Assembly: GCA_964387885.1 (NCBI GenBank)
Contig: CAYLYZ010000012.1
Span: 6,576 to 70,575, forward strand
Direction of reading: 5' to 3'
DNA length: 64,000 bases
From: an uncultured bacterium
GTDB lineage: Bacteria > Electryoneota > AABM5-125-24 > Hatepunaeales > Hatepunaeaceae
Shown: positions 48,770 through 58,200 of the stretch, piece by piece
Numbering within the stretch: the first letter of the stretch is position 1
Layout: each line of letters begins with the position of its first letter
The notes under the pieces: model-generated
Database searches by the model: none
Told to the model about the DNA's origin: nothing
Seen by the model: the letters and a program-made list of their open reading frames with translations, nothing else
Program-made: the position numbers and the translations under genes

Positions 48770-50251
48770 CTATCCCCCTGTGTAAGTTTGAACAGCGAGC
48801 TTTGCCAGATTCAAAAACGGCTGTGGGTAAAAGAACAGAAAAACTGAAACCACAGCTGTGAAAACGAGAGGACCTACACACCAGAAGGGAGCCTCCTCAA
48901 TCTTGCGGTCAAACTGAGCTTCTTCATCCGTACAGAAAAAAGCCCTGTATACAATTGGCAGGAAATATGCCGCGTTCAACAGTGTACTTGACAGCAGTAT
49001 AAACAACATCAGTGGCTGATCCGCCTGGAGAGTTCCAAGCAGTATATACCACTTGCTCAGGAATCCACCGGTTGGCGGAAATCCTATCACGCTTAAGGAA
49101 CCGATAAAGAACGCTATCATTGTCACAGGCATCCGTCTACCAAGTCCGACCATCTGGCTGAGGTATTTATGTCCAGTTGCGACAAATATCGCTCCTGCAC
49201 AGAAAAACAGAGTGATCTTTCCGAATGCATGCATCAGAATGTGCAGCATCCCTCCCGTCATTCCCTGTTTTGATAGCAGAGCTGCACCAAGCACTATGTA
49301 TGACAACTGCCCAATTGTTGAGAATGCGAGACGGCGTTTCAAACTGTCCTGAGACAGAGCAACGAGAGATCCTGCTAATATTGTAAATGCTGCCACCCAA
49401 CATAGCGCTGTTCCAAGTTCAAACATTTGCAGGTTATTCACTCCAAATATACCCGTCACCACTCTGAAGATAGAAAATACACCAACCTTGACAACTGCAA
49501 CTGCGTGTAATAGTGAGCTCACCGGAGTTGGCGCAACCATCGCAGCTGGAAGCCATGGATGGAAGGGCATTACCGCTGCTTTTGCGAATCCGAAGATGAA
49601 CATAAAAAATAGAACCGACATCAAGCCCTTAGACATCCCAGCCGAGAGTATCCCGGAATTGGAAAACTCAAGGGTTCCGGTAATGTTGTATATTATCAAC
49701 ATCGCAGGAAGCACCAGTCCGATTGACGATCCGAGGATGAATGTCAGGTATTTCCTTCCGGAAGCTCGGGCTTCAGCATCCTGATGATGTGTGACTAACG
49801 GGAATGTAGCCAGCGACAATATCTCATAGAACAGATATAATGTGAACAGATTGGCAGCAAACGCAACCCCGATAGTCCCGGATAATGCAAGGGCGAAGAA
49901 ACAGTAATATCTTGTCTGGCTGTGCTCTTTTAAACCGCGCATGTAGCCGATTGAGTATCCAGTGGTGACTATCCATAATGTCGAAGATACCAGGGCAAAC
50001 AGGAGCCCCATTGCATCAACCCGGAATTTGAGCGCAACACCGGCAACAACCTCGACTAACTGGTATTCGATAACAGATCCCTTCAGGACCAACGGTACCA
50101 TTGAACCGACTATTACCAGCTTCACAATACCCGCGAGGAATGACCAGCCTTCGCGAACGTTAGGGTGTTTTCGGGAGAGTAATATCGGGACTACTACAAG
50201 CATAGAAGTCAGGACTGCCAGAAATGGTTTTATGGATGTTACTGTATCCAT
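48770..50251 (-). CDS. Mrp antiporter subunit D-like (NuoM/N family), copy 2
   Basis: 493 aa antiporter-like subunit. Confidence 0.75.
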   Translation of the reverse strand: MDTVTSIKPFLAVLTSMLVVVPILLSRKHPNVREGWSFLAGIVKLVIVGSMVPLVLKGSVIEYQLVEVVAGVALKFRVDAMGLLFALVSSTLWIVTTGYSIGYMRGLKEHSQTRYYCFFALALSGTIGVAFAANLFTLYLFYEILSLATFPLVTHHQDAEARASGRKYLTFILGSSIGLVLPAMLIIYNITGTLEFSNSGILSAGMSKGLMSVLFFMFIFGFAKAAVMPFHPWLPAAMVAPTPVSSLLHAVAVVKVGVFSIFRVVTGIFGVNNLQMFELGTALCWVAAFTILAGSLVALSQDSLKRRLAFSTIGQLSYIVLGAALLSKQGMTGGMLHILMHAFGKITLFFCAGAIFVATGHKYLSQMVGLGRRMPVTMIAFFIGSLSVIGFPPTGGFLSKWYILLGTLQADQPLMLFILLSSTLLNAAYFLPIVYRAFFCTDEEAQFDRKIEEAPFWCVGPLVFTAVVSVFLFFYPQPFLNLAKLAVQTYTGG

Positions 50252-50274
50252 TTATGTTCTGTTTTGCTTCCTTT

Positions 50275-50402
50275 AGTAGGGCGGGATCTTATCCCGCCGT
50301 AATGGCTATCATATCTTGTCGGGTTAAGAACCCGACCTACGTGACTTATCCCGCTGTTTTACCACCATGTTCATTATTTGTCGGAATAAGATTCCGACCT
50401 AC
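50275..50402. repeat. REP family 2, 1.5 units between the two mrpD-like genes
   Basis: GTAGGGCGGGATCTTATCCCGCC ... GTCGGGTTAAGAACCCGACCTAC ... GTCGGAATAAGATTCCGACCTAC. Confidence 0.8.
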
Positions 50403-51880
50403 ATTACAGGCACCGCATACTGAATAACATTCGTCACAATATTATTCGTGTACAATCCGATCATAATTAGTGCTATTGCTACTACAACCAACGGTATTAA
50501 CATAACCGCTGGAGCTTCCGAAACTTTCTCATCAGCATGCTCATGGCTTTCAGTTTCATGCCTGAAATATCCTATTTCGATTATCCGGAAGAACAGCACT
50601 GCGTTTATTAGACTGGAAAGGATCAACGCTGCCATGAACTCCCACCTGCCAGCTTCTATAGCGCCCTGAATCAGGTACCATTTACTGAAAAAACCACATG
50701 TCGGAGGAACTCCTATCATTGATAGTGCTCCAACGATAAAAGCTCCCATTGTAACCGGCATTTTGCGGAAAAGTCCATGGAAATCGGCAAGTTGGTGTCG
50801 TTGCAGTTTGAATATTACGATCCCGGCTACCAGGAATAGGCACAACGTCATTAGTGCGTCATTCAGGATGTGTAAAATCGCACCTGTGATCCCGATTGTA
50901 TTACCAAGCCAGACTCCTCCAACCATATACCCGACCTCAGAAACTATCAGGAATGTCAGCATCTTCCTGAAATCACGCTGAGCAAGCGCTTGCAGCGATC
51001 CCCCTATTATTGCAATAACTGCACACCATACAACAGCAGTTTGCCAGGCGAAATTTCCGAATGAAAACTCCGCTGAATAAACCGAGAACATAATCCGGAT
51101 CATTATGTACACGGACACCTTAGTCATCAATGGAGCGATCAGGCATATTGAAGCTGATGGAGCATGTGTATAGGCATTCGGCAGCCAGCCATGCGCCGGG
51201 AAAAATGCCATTTTGATCCAAATGCCGACAATAATTAGAATAAAACCGACCAGCACAGCACTATTGCCGGATATTGAGGGCAGAATCCTGTAAATATCTG
51301 CCATATTAAGAGAACCGGTTGTGATGTACAAATGTCCGACTCCCAGCAAATAAAGACTTGCACCGACAGTGCCGAGGATCAGGTAATTAAAAGTCGATAT
51401 AAGTGCCCGGTCTTTTCCGAGAGCGAGCAGTGCATAAGTTGCAAGAGCAGAAATCTCAAGCAGTACGTAGAGGTTGAATGCATCACCGGTTATTGTAATT
51501 CCCAGCAAACCAGTGGTCAGAAGCAAGTAAAGGATGTAAAACTGCGGGATCTTTTCTGGAAGTTCACGTTCGACAATCAGCTTTGAGTATATAACGCTGA
51601 CGAGACTTACAAACGTGATGACCACCAGCACCATTGCGTTAAGATGGTCAACAACGTACTCAATCCCGAACGGTGGCATCCATGCACCAAGCCTGTAGCT
51701 GATTTCTCCATCACTAATTACTTTCAGTAAGACAATAACGGATTGATGGAAGGAAAGTGCAATCGCAATTAACGTAATCGGGAAACTGAGTTTTCGGTGC
51801 AGCAAACCGCCCAGGCCGGCAAAGAAAGCTGCCAGCAATGGGATGATGACCAGTAGTATGGGTGCCTGAAACTCAGTCAT
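50399..51880 (-). CDS. Mrp antiporter subunit D (NuoM/N family), copy 1
   Basis: 493 aa. Overlaps the mrpC-like gene by 8 nt. Confidence 0.8.
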   Translation of the reverse strand: MTEFQAPILLVIIPLLAAFFAGLGGLLHRKLSFPITLIAIALSFHQSVIVLLKVISDGEISYRLGAWMPPFGIEYVVDHLNAMVLVVITFVSLVSVIYSKLIVERELPEKIPQFYILYLLLTTGLLGITITGDAFNLYVLLEISALATYALLALGKDRALISTFNYLILGTVGASLYLLGVGHLYITTGSLNMADIYRILPSISGNSAVLVGFILIIVGIWIKMAFFPAHGWLPNAYTHAPSASICLIAPLMTKVSVYIMIRIMFSVYSAEFSFGNFAWQTAVVWCAVIAIIGGSLQALAQRDFRKMLTFLIVSEVGYMVGGVWLGNTIGITGAILHILNDALMTLCLFLVAGIVIFKLQRHQLADFHGLFRKMPVTMGAFIVGALSMIGVPPTCGFFSKWYLIQGAIEAGRWEFMAALILSSLINAVLFFRIIEIGYFRHETESHEHADEKVSEAPAVMLIPLVVVAIALIMIGLYTNNIVTNVIQYAVPVM

Positions 51881-52253
51881 CGGTTAGCTGCTCGTTAATT
51901 TCGTCTTCCTCAATCGTTCCGTACTTTGCATATATTTTCGCAATTATTGCCAGCGCAACACCAAGCGTACTGACAGAAACGACAATAGCTGTCAGCATCA
52001 AAACATGGGGCAGCGGATTGATATATGCGGTCGGATCGATGTGGTGAGCAGCGCCGTGACCGTGCTCTATTATCGGGATGGTCGCCCCGCGTTTCGCTCC
52101 TATAGAGACATAGAAGAGGATTATTGCCGCCTGGAAAATACTGACACCGATCATCTTCTTAACGAGGTTGTTCTTTGCAATCATTGCGTAGAAACCGACC
52201 ATCATTATCAGTATATAGAACCAGTAGTTGTATTTGGCGATTATAAATTCCAT
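51873..52253 (-). CDS. Mrp antiporter subunit C (NuoK-like)
   Basis: 126 aa with 3 TM helices. Classic MnhC N-terminus ...YNYWFYILIMMVGFYAMI. Confidence 0.8.
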   Translation of the reverse strand: MEFIIAKYNYWFYILIMMVGFYAMIAKNNLVKKMIGVSIFQAAIILFYVSIGAKRGATIPIIEHGHGAAHHIDPTAYINPLPHVLMLTAIVVSVSTLGVALAIIAKIYAKYGTIEEDEINEQLTDD

Positions 52254-52256
52254 GCT

Positions 52257-53015
52257 CTAAAGTCCACGCTCGTATTTACCATCGGATGACAGGTTGACGT
52301 AAATCAGAATCAGGTTTGCCATCACCGCAATTGCTACACCAATTTCAACGCCGAGTATCCCGTGCGAGCGCGCCATAATGTTGTCCGTTGCCGGGAGGAT
52401 AGCTGATAATGCGCTGTAATCCAGGAAGTTTCCCTCGAGCATAATGCAAATTACACCGATTCCGGAGTAGATTAGAACACCAAGAATGGCTAACACAAGG
52501 GTTGTTTTCTCGCGCATTCTTTTGAGAACCATCTTAAGGTCAAATCCAATCGCCAACAGTATGAAACTCGCACCAAGAATAACTCCGCCCTGGAAGCCTC
52601 CGCCGGGGCTGTGATGACCGTGGGCAATGACATATAGGGCATACAGCTGCATGAATGGAGCGAGCAGTCTGCAGATTGTCTTTACAATCAGGGTTTGATG
52701 TGGCAGCTCTTCGATAGTGTCTTCTGGTTTCTCATGGAGGTCTTTGCGACGGGTTCGCCTGAGAAGGGTATAGACTGCAATTCCCGCAGCAAAAACAACG
52801 GCAGTCTCAAACATCGTATCAAAACCGCGATAATCGGCAAGAACGGAGGTTACCAGATTTGGAACGGATGTCTCTTCAATTGATTCTGTGATAAAGTGAG
52901 GTGACAGATGCGTACTCGCCGGAGCCTGCGGATCAGCCCAGTCCGGGAAACCATTCACTGCATAAAGGAGCAGCAAGCCAGTAGCAATCACAACGATCAG
53001 ACCGATAATCTTCAA
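52257..53015 (-). CDS. Mrp antiporter subunit B
   Basis: 252 aa, MnhB-like. Confidence 0.7.
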   Translation of the reverse strand: MKIIGLIVVIATGLLLLYAVNGFPDWADPQAPASTHLSPHFITESIEETSVPNLVTSVLADYRGFDTMFETAVVFAAGIAVYTLLRRTRRKDLHEKPEDTIEELPHQTLIVKTICRLLAPFMQLYALYVIAHGHHSPGGGFQGGVILGASFILLAIGFDLKMVLKRMREKTTLVLAILGVLIYSGIGVICIMLEGNFLDYSALSAILPATDNIMARSHGILGVEIGVAIAVMANLILIYVNLSSDGKYERGL

Positions 53016-53257
53016 TCTTTCGTCCTCCGGGTAGTCCTGAAAACAGCAGCGATGAAGAATATTGTACTGACTCCTGCACCGACGGCAGCTTCAGTGAATC
53101 CAACATCAACCGCTCCCATCTCAGCCCATAGCAAGCACATCAGGAAACTGAATGTCCCAAAAATGATCGATGCACTCATCAAGTCTTTTGCATTGATGGA
53201 TGCGATGGCAGTGATAGCAACCAAAATCAGTATTATTAGATCAAACTGCCAGATCAT
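53012..53257 (-). CDS. MrpB N-terminal-like small subunit (DUF4040-like)
   Basis: Start trimmed to the Met preceded by a GGGGAGGG RBS. The longer six-frame ORF would run into REP sequence. Confidence 0.6.
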   Translation of the reverse strand: MIWQFDLIILILVAITAIASINAKDLMSASIIFGTFSFLMCLLWAEMGAVDVGFTEAAVGAGVSTIFFIAAVFRTTRRTKD

Positions 53258-53399
53258 CTTTATTTTCCCTCCCCTTCGTCGTTCCTGCGAACGCAGGAAC
53301 CCAGAGAAGTCTGATGAGAATCCGACATACCCTCTTGTCGCATGGGAATTTGTTTTTCCGTCAGGCGGGGACACCTGACGGCACTTCCTGATTTGAAAT

Positions 53400-53575
53400 A
53401 AATCCCATAACCAGTAGGATAGGCATTCCTGCCTGTCCATCCCGCTAAGCGGGATTCAGAGAGCAGTAGTATTGGATTATTTTGAATCCGCTTTGCAGCG
53501 GATGGTCGAACAGGAATGTCCAACCTACTGGGACTTAGCGCAATGGATTGTCGGATAGGAATGTTCGACCTACTG
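53400..53575. repeat. cluster of REP-like hairpins inside the mrp operon, including family 1/family 2 hybrids (GGTCGAACAGGAATGTCCAACCTAC; GTCGGATAGGAATGTTCGACCTAC)
   Basis: ACAGGAATGT cores are combined with ...CGACCTAC tails. An additional hairpin ATCCGCTTTGCAGCGGAT is present. Confidence 0.7.
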
Positions 53576-53588
53576 AAACTATGGAGAC

Positions 53589-53954
53589 TCATTCCTTTTC
53601 CCCCCCCTCCTCATCCTGCTTATCCTCCGGATTATCTTCTGATTCCTTCGCCCAAGGTTTCACTCCCGCATCATATCCCGCTTCAATGATGTGGTGAGTA
53701 GCTGCCGGACTTGCCATAAAAATAAAGACCAGTATAAATAATATCTTAATACTGACAAGTACAGCACCCACAGAGAGGTGATGCAGATTATACAATGCCA
53801 GCCCTGAGAGCACAAGCATTGAAGACATGGTATCCCCCTTACCAGCAGCTTGCATCCTTGAGTAAAAATCGGGAAAACGTAATATGCCTATTGTTGTCGC
53901 GAAGAAGAAGAGTAGCCCAACGCAAATCAGACCTGCTGAGATTATGTCAATCAT
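53589..53954 (-). CDS. Mrp antiporter subunit G
   Basis: MnhG-like N-terminus with GLLFFFATTIGILRFPDFYSRMQA. Confidence 0.8.
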   Translation of the reverse strand: MIDIISAGLICVGLLFFFATTIGILRFPDFYSRMQAAGKGDTMSSMLVLSGLALYNLHHLSVGAVLVSIKILFILVFIFMASPAATHHIIEAGYDAGVKPWAKESEDNPEDKQDEEGGEKE

Positions 53955-54271
53955 TCACCACTCTCCACATGTTCATGATCTACTGACTTGCGCCATCCGC
54001 CGGGGATGAAATTTTTCCGAGCCTGGAAATACCTGGCAGCTGCAAGCGTGGCGATGAAGTTCAAAAGTGCGTAAGCCAGTGCAATATCGACGAACATGTC
54101 TACACGCCTGAAAATAGTGCCGATTATTATCAGTAGAACAGCTGTCTTGGTTCCGATGACATTGATCGCCATAATCCGGTCGATTGCAGTTGGCCCGACA
54201 ATCCCGCGATAGAGAGTGAGGAACATCAGAACGAGAATTCCAACTCCGATATAGATGAAGAAAGTCTCCAT
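53951..54271 (-). CDS. Mrp antiporter subunit F
   Basis: 106 aa, MnhF-like, with a 4-bp overlap onto mrpG. Confidence 0.75.
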   Translation of the reverse strand: METFFIYIGVGILVLMFLTLYRGIVGPTAIDRIMAINVIGTKTAVLLIIIGTIFRRVDMFVDIALAYALLNFIATLAAARYFQARKNFIPGGWRKSVDHEHVESGE

Positions 54272-54273
54272 GA

Positions 54274-54783
54274 TTATCCGGTTTCCTCAAAGATATGAGC
54301 GATTTTTTTCTCCATCTTGTCCTTGATCAGCTCGGTGAATTTTGGGTGCAAAGTATGCACATAGAACTCATCTTCGATGATCCTGATAGTGATTGTTCCG
54401 GGAGTCAGTGTTATCGAGTTGCCAAGTGTGACGAGTGCAATATCTTTTTTGAGAGTTGACTTAAAATAGTATATCTGTGGATCAATCTCACGAATCATTC
54501 GCGGGTGCAATGCATAATATGCAACACTCAGGTTAGAGAGGATAACCTCGTACAATAGCCAGGGGATATAGGCAATAAACCTGAATGCTTCAGGCAGTCT
54601 TCCCTTTTTAGTCTTATTCGAAAAAATGAGATCTCGAGAGAGGTGCGCGACCAGTAGGCAGGAGATTACGCCCAGTGATAAATGGAAAATATCAAACTTC
54701 CCGGACAGAAGTATCCAGAAAGCCATCATTATTATAAAGGTGTACAGAAAAGTCATCCTGCTCCGGTCTCGGTGTCCGAACAA
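54274..54783 (-). CDS. Mrp antiporter subunit E
   Basis: 169 aa, MnhE-like, and first gene of the cluster. Confidence 0.75.
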   Translation of the reverse strand: MFGHRDRSRMTFLYTFIIMMAFWILLSGKFDIFHLSLGVISCLLVAHLSRDLIFSNKTKKGRLPEAFRFIAYIPWLLYEVILSNLSVAYYALHPRMIREIDPQIYYFKSTLKKDIALVTLGNSITLTPGTITIRIIEDEFYVHTLHPKFTELIKDKMEKKIAHIFEETG

Positions 54784-54991
54784 GATCCCTTGGGAATCTT
54801 TCGTCCGGAAAATAGGTTAAGTTTAATGTTATCAGGAAATTGCTGCAATAGCAAACTCCAAAAATGCTGACTTATAAAATATAGCTTATAGCATTAAATT
54901 GCAATCATTTTGGAATTTATCGGTAAATCTGAATACAATTTTCAATTTGTACAATTCAAGTAGTCAACGTTTCGTTACGGTGGATGTGAAA

Positions 54992-55070
54992 GGAGTACTC
55001 AAGCCATGCTTGAGTTTTTTTTCCTCCTCAATTAATAGTACTACTGCTCGAGCATGGCTTGAGCACTCCT
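54992..55070. repeat. REP family 3 inverted pair (GGAGTACTCAAGCCATGCTTGAG ... GCTCGAGCATGGCTTGAGCACTCC)
   Basis: Second copy of the 20893-20994 element. It lies 220 nt upstream of the 55292 paralog. Confidence 0.8.
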
Positions 55071-55291
55071 GTTTGACGTTAAGTTTGGATTCTCTTTGCA
55101 AACTTACAAAGTGTGGAGATTACATCCCAATTTTTCATATCCATCTTACTCAGTCACATCTTGACTTAATCATCAATCAGGTCTATATTAATATTAGAAA
55201 TCCCGGGATTCATTCAGATCTGATTCCCCTGTTATATCCACACCTCACCGGCAAACCGTCCGATGTAGTATTTTTTTGAGGAGAAGTCATC

Positions 55292-58200
55292 ATGAACGTT
55301 TACAAAACTCGCCTTTTCTTAACACTTGTTTTTATCATTTTTTTGTTTGGATCAACCGTTACCGCTGAGATAAGTTTCGATCCGCACGGTTTCGGATTAA
55401 CTGTTGCTGAAAATGATCTCGCTGAAATCGAGCTTGAGGTTTCCAACAACTTTGAATTTGATGTGTCATTCGGTGTTTCCAGCAGTCTTGTCGATGAGGA
55501 CGGCATGATGGTTGGTCCTATGCGCGATGATCCGGGTGACCTGATCGATGAATTTGAACCACAGCAACTCGGTAATGTCAACCGACATGTTACCGGTATT
55601 GCGTGGGATGAGGGTAATGGCTGGATGTGGCTCTCTGAATCTGACAATGCTCGCGTTCAGGCTGTTGATCCGAATGATAACTATCGGATGGTTGGTCAGG
55701 TTAACATGCCGGAACCGGTTTCAGGACTCGGGTATTATGATGGTGTGTTTTACGGAGTTGGTTGGACGAATCACGCATGGTTGTTCAGGGTTGATGCCGA
55801 GGGCGATAATCTTGGGAATTTTAACCTTCAGGGGAGTGCAGGTGCCGTTGATTGTGGTGCAGAAGGTCTACTGTTTGCGATGGCTCAGCAGGTGATTTAC
55901 ATCTACGATATTGAAAATGACTATCAGCTACTTGGAAATTTCAGAAACTATGAAAACTTCCTGCAGGATGATGAGTTGGTGCAAAGCGTCTGCTGGGTTG
56001 ATGAGCATCCAAACGGGCAGCTCTGGTTGAACTCACGTGCCGGGAATGGTGACAACCATGCCTGGCAAGTTGCGGTTGATACGGATGAGTGGGCAGCAAC
56101 CGGACTTACACAAGAATTTATTACAGATGCACAGGATCAGCAGATGGGACATCCGCGTGACGGTATCGGTCATGACGGAGAGAATCTGTGGATAACACAC
56201 TGGCAGTCGCCGCGGATTAGAATCATTGACGATGGAGTTGCCGAAATCAGCATCCTCGAAATTGATCCGGAAGAGGGAGTCATCGCTGCTGAAGATCTCG
56301 AATTAATACTTATATCAGCCAATGCTGAAGGGGTTGAAGCCGGGGTCTATAACTTCCTTTTGTCGTTTGAGTTTGCTGAGGTTGATCAGGAAGAGTCGTT
56401 CGTAATTGAAATCTCTGCTGTTGTTTCGATTGCCAGCCCAACGTTTGATGTCTCCGGAACAGTTACTGACCCGGCAACAGGAGAAAATATTGAAGATGTT
56501 ACTGTTAACTTGGATCAGTACATCATGACCCGTCAAACAAATGGTGAAGGAGGATTCCTTTTCTCAGATCTCCCTCCTGATGAATATGAATTCAACTTTT
56601 CAGCACCAGGTTACTTACCGTTTACAACACGGGCTCTTGTTGGTGATGAGGGTGATCTCGATCTGGAAATTGAGCTGCTATTTGCCGAATGCGAAATCGA
56701 TCTTGATGAGGTTATTGAAGAACTGGGGATTGACGAGAACACTCAGGTCAACTTCAACGCTACAAATAACGGGACGGGGCCTTTGACTTATACGGTTGAT
56801 CGCAGGTTGCTCGGTGATGCAAATGCCGATCCGTGGACTTTGCGCACGTCTTTTGATGTCGGTGTGCAATTGGAGGATTCGCGCATTCAGGGTGCTGTTT
56901 ACATTAATGGAAATTACTTCGTGGCGGGTGCCCACAATTATGAACCAGCGATTTACATTCTGAACGGGGAAGGTGAGTTACTCGATCTGTTTATCCAGCC
57001 CGGTGAGAACAGATATGGCATGAAAGACATCGCCAGTGACGGTGAATTGATCTGGGGAGCGGTAAGAGATGTTATCTACGGATTAACACCGGACGGAGAA
57101 GTCGCTGTTAGTTTTGAATCTCCATACAGCCCGACGAACAATATGGCTTGGGATGGTGACCGCGAATTACTCTGGGTTGCTTCAACGACTGCCGGAATTA
57201 CCGGAGTTGACAGGGAAGGTAATGTTGTAGCGGAAGTCGATCGTCAGGGATTACGGATTTATGGACTGGCATATTACCCGGATGATCCTGATGGACATCA
57301 ACTTTATGTGTTCCATAAAGATGCTGATATTGGGAATAACATTGTCGATAAGATTGATATCGAGAACGATGAAGCTCAACATGTTGGAGTTTTAGAACCG
57401 GAAGCGGGAGGATCAGCTGCAGCAGCCTTCATTACAAATGAGTATGACGTTTATAGCTGGGTATTCATGGCAGTTGCCAATAACGGGGGAGAAGATCGGA
57501 TTGATATCTGGCAGATTGATGCCCGGAAAGACTGGATGGCAGTTGAACCGGCTGAGGGTGCTATCGAATCTGAAGGATCGCAGGAATTTGTGTTAACTCT
57601 CGATGCTACCGATTTACCGGCTGTCGTATTTGAAGGTGAGGTTGTTCTTGTGCATAATGGTCGGGGTGATGAAGTGTCTCTACCAATCACACTGACAGTT
57701 GGGGACGGAGGTGGTGAACAAGAACGAGTCATCGAGCATCATGATGGCTGGAACATGGTCTCGACGAATGTACAGCCGGATCCAAATGAAATTCCTGAAT
57801 TAACTGCAGGTCTGGTTGAAAACGATCTTCTACTTCTTATGAAAGATGGTGATGGGCGTTTTTACAGCCCTGAATTCGGATTCTGCAACATTCCGGGATG
57901 GAATGTTGCTGATGGATATCAGATCAAGATGGATGGAGCGGGTGAATTAGTTTTAACAGGTGAACCGGTTAATGCAGACGATCCGATCCAACTTGATATC
58001 GGGTGGTCAATGATCTCCTATTTCCCACGCGAGCCGGTAGATGCTGTTGTCGCGCTGTCAGGGATAGTTGAGCAGTTACTCATGGCAAAGGATGGAGATG
58101 GTCATTTCTATTCACCGGCTTTCGGATTCAGCAACATGGGTGATATGGCTGAGGGATTTGGTTATCAGGTAAAGATTACTGAGGATACTGAGCTTGTTTA

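Noticed and set aside
53258-53440. N-terminal 61-aa extension of the six-frame ORF 53012..53440
   Set aside because: The extension is encoded by REP-like hairpin sequence. A strong GGGGAGGG RBS precedes the internal Met at 53257, so the gene was trimmed.
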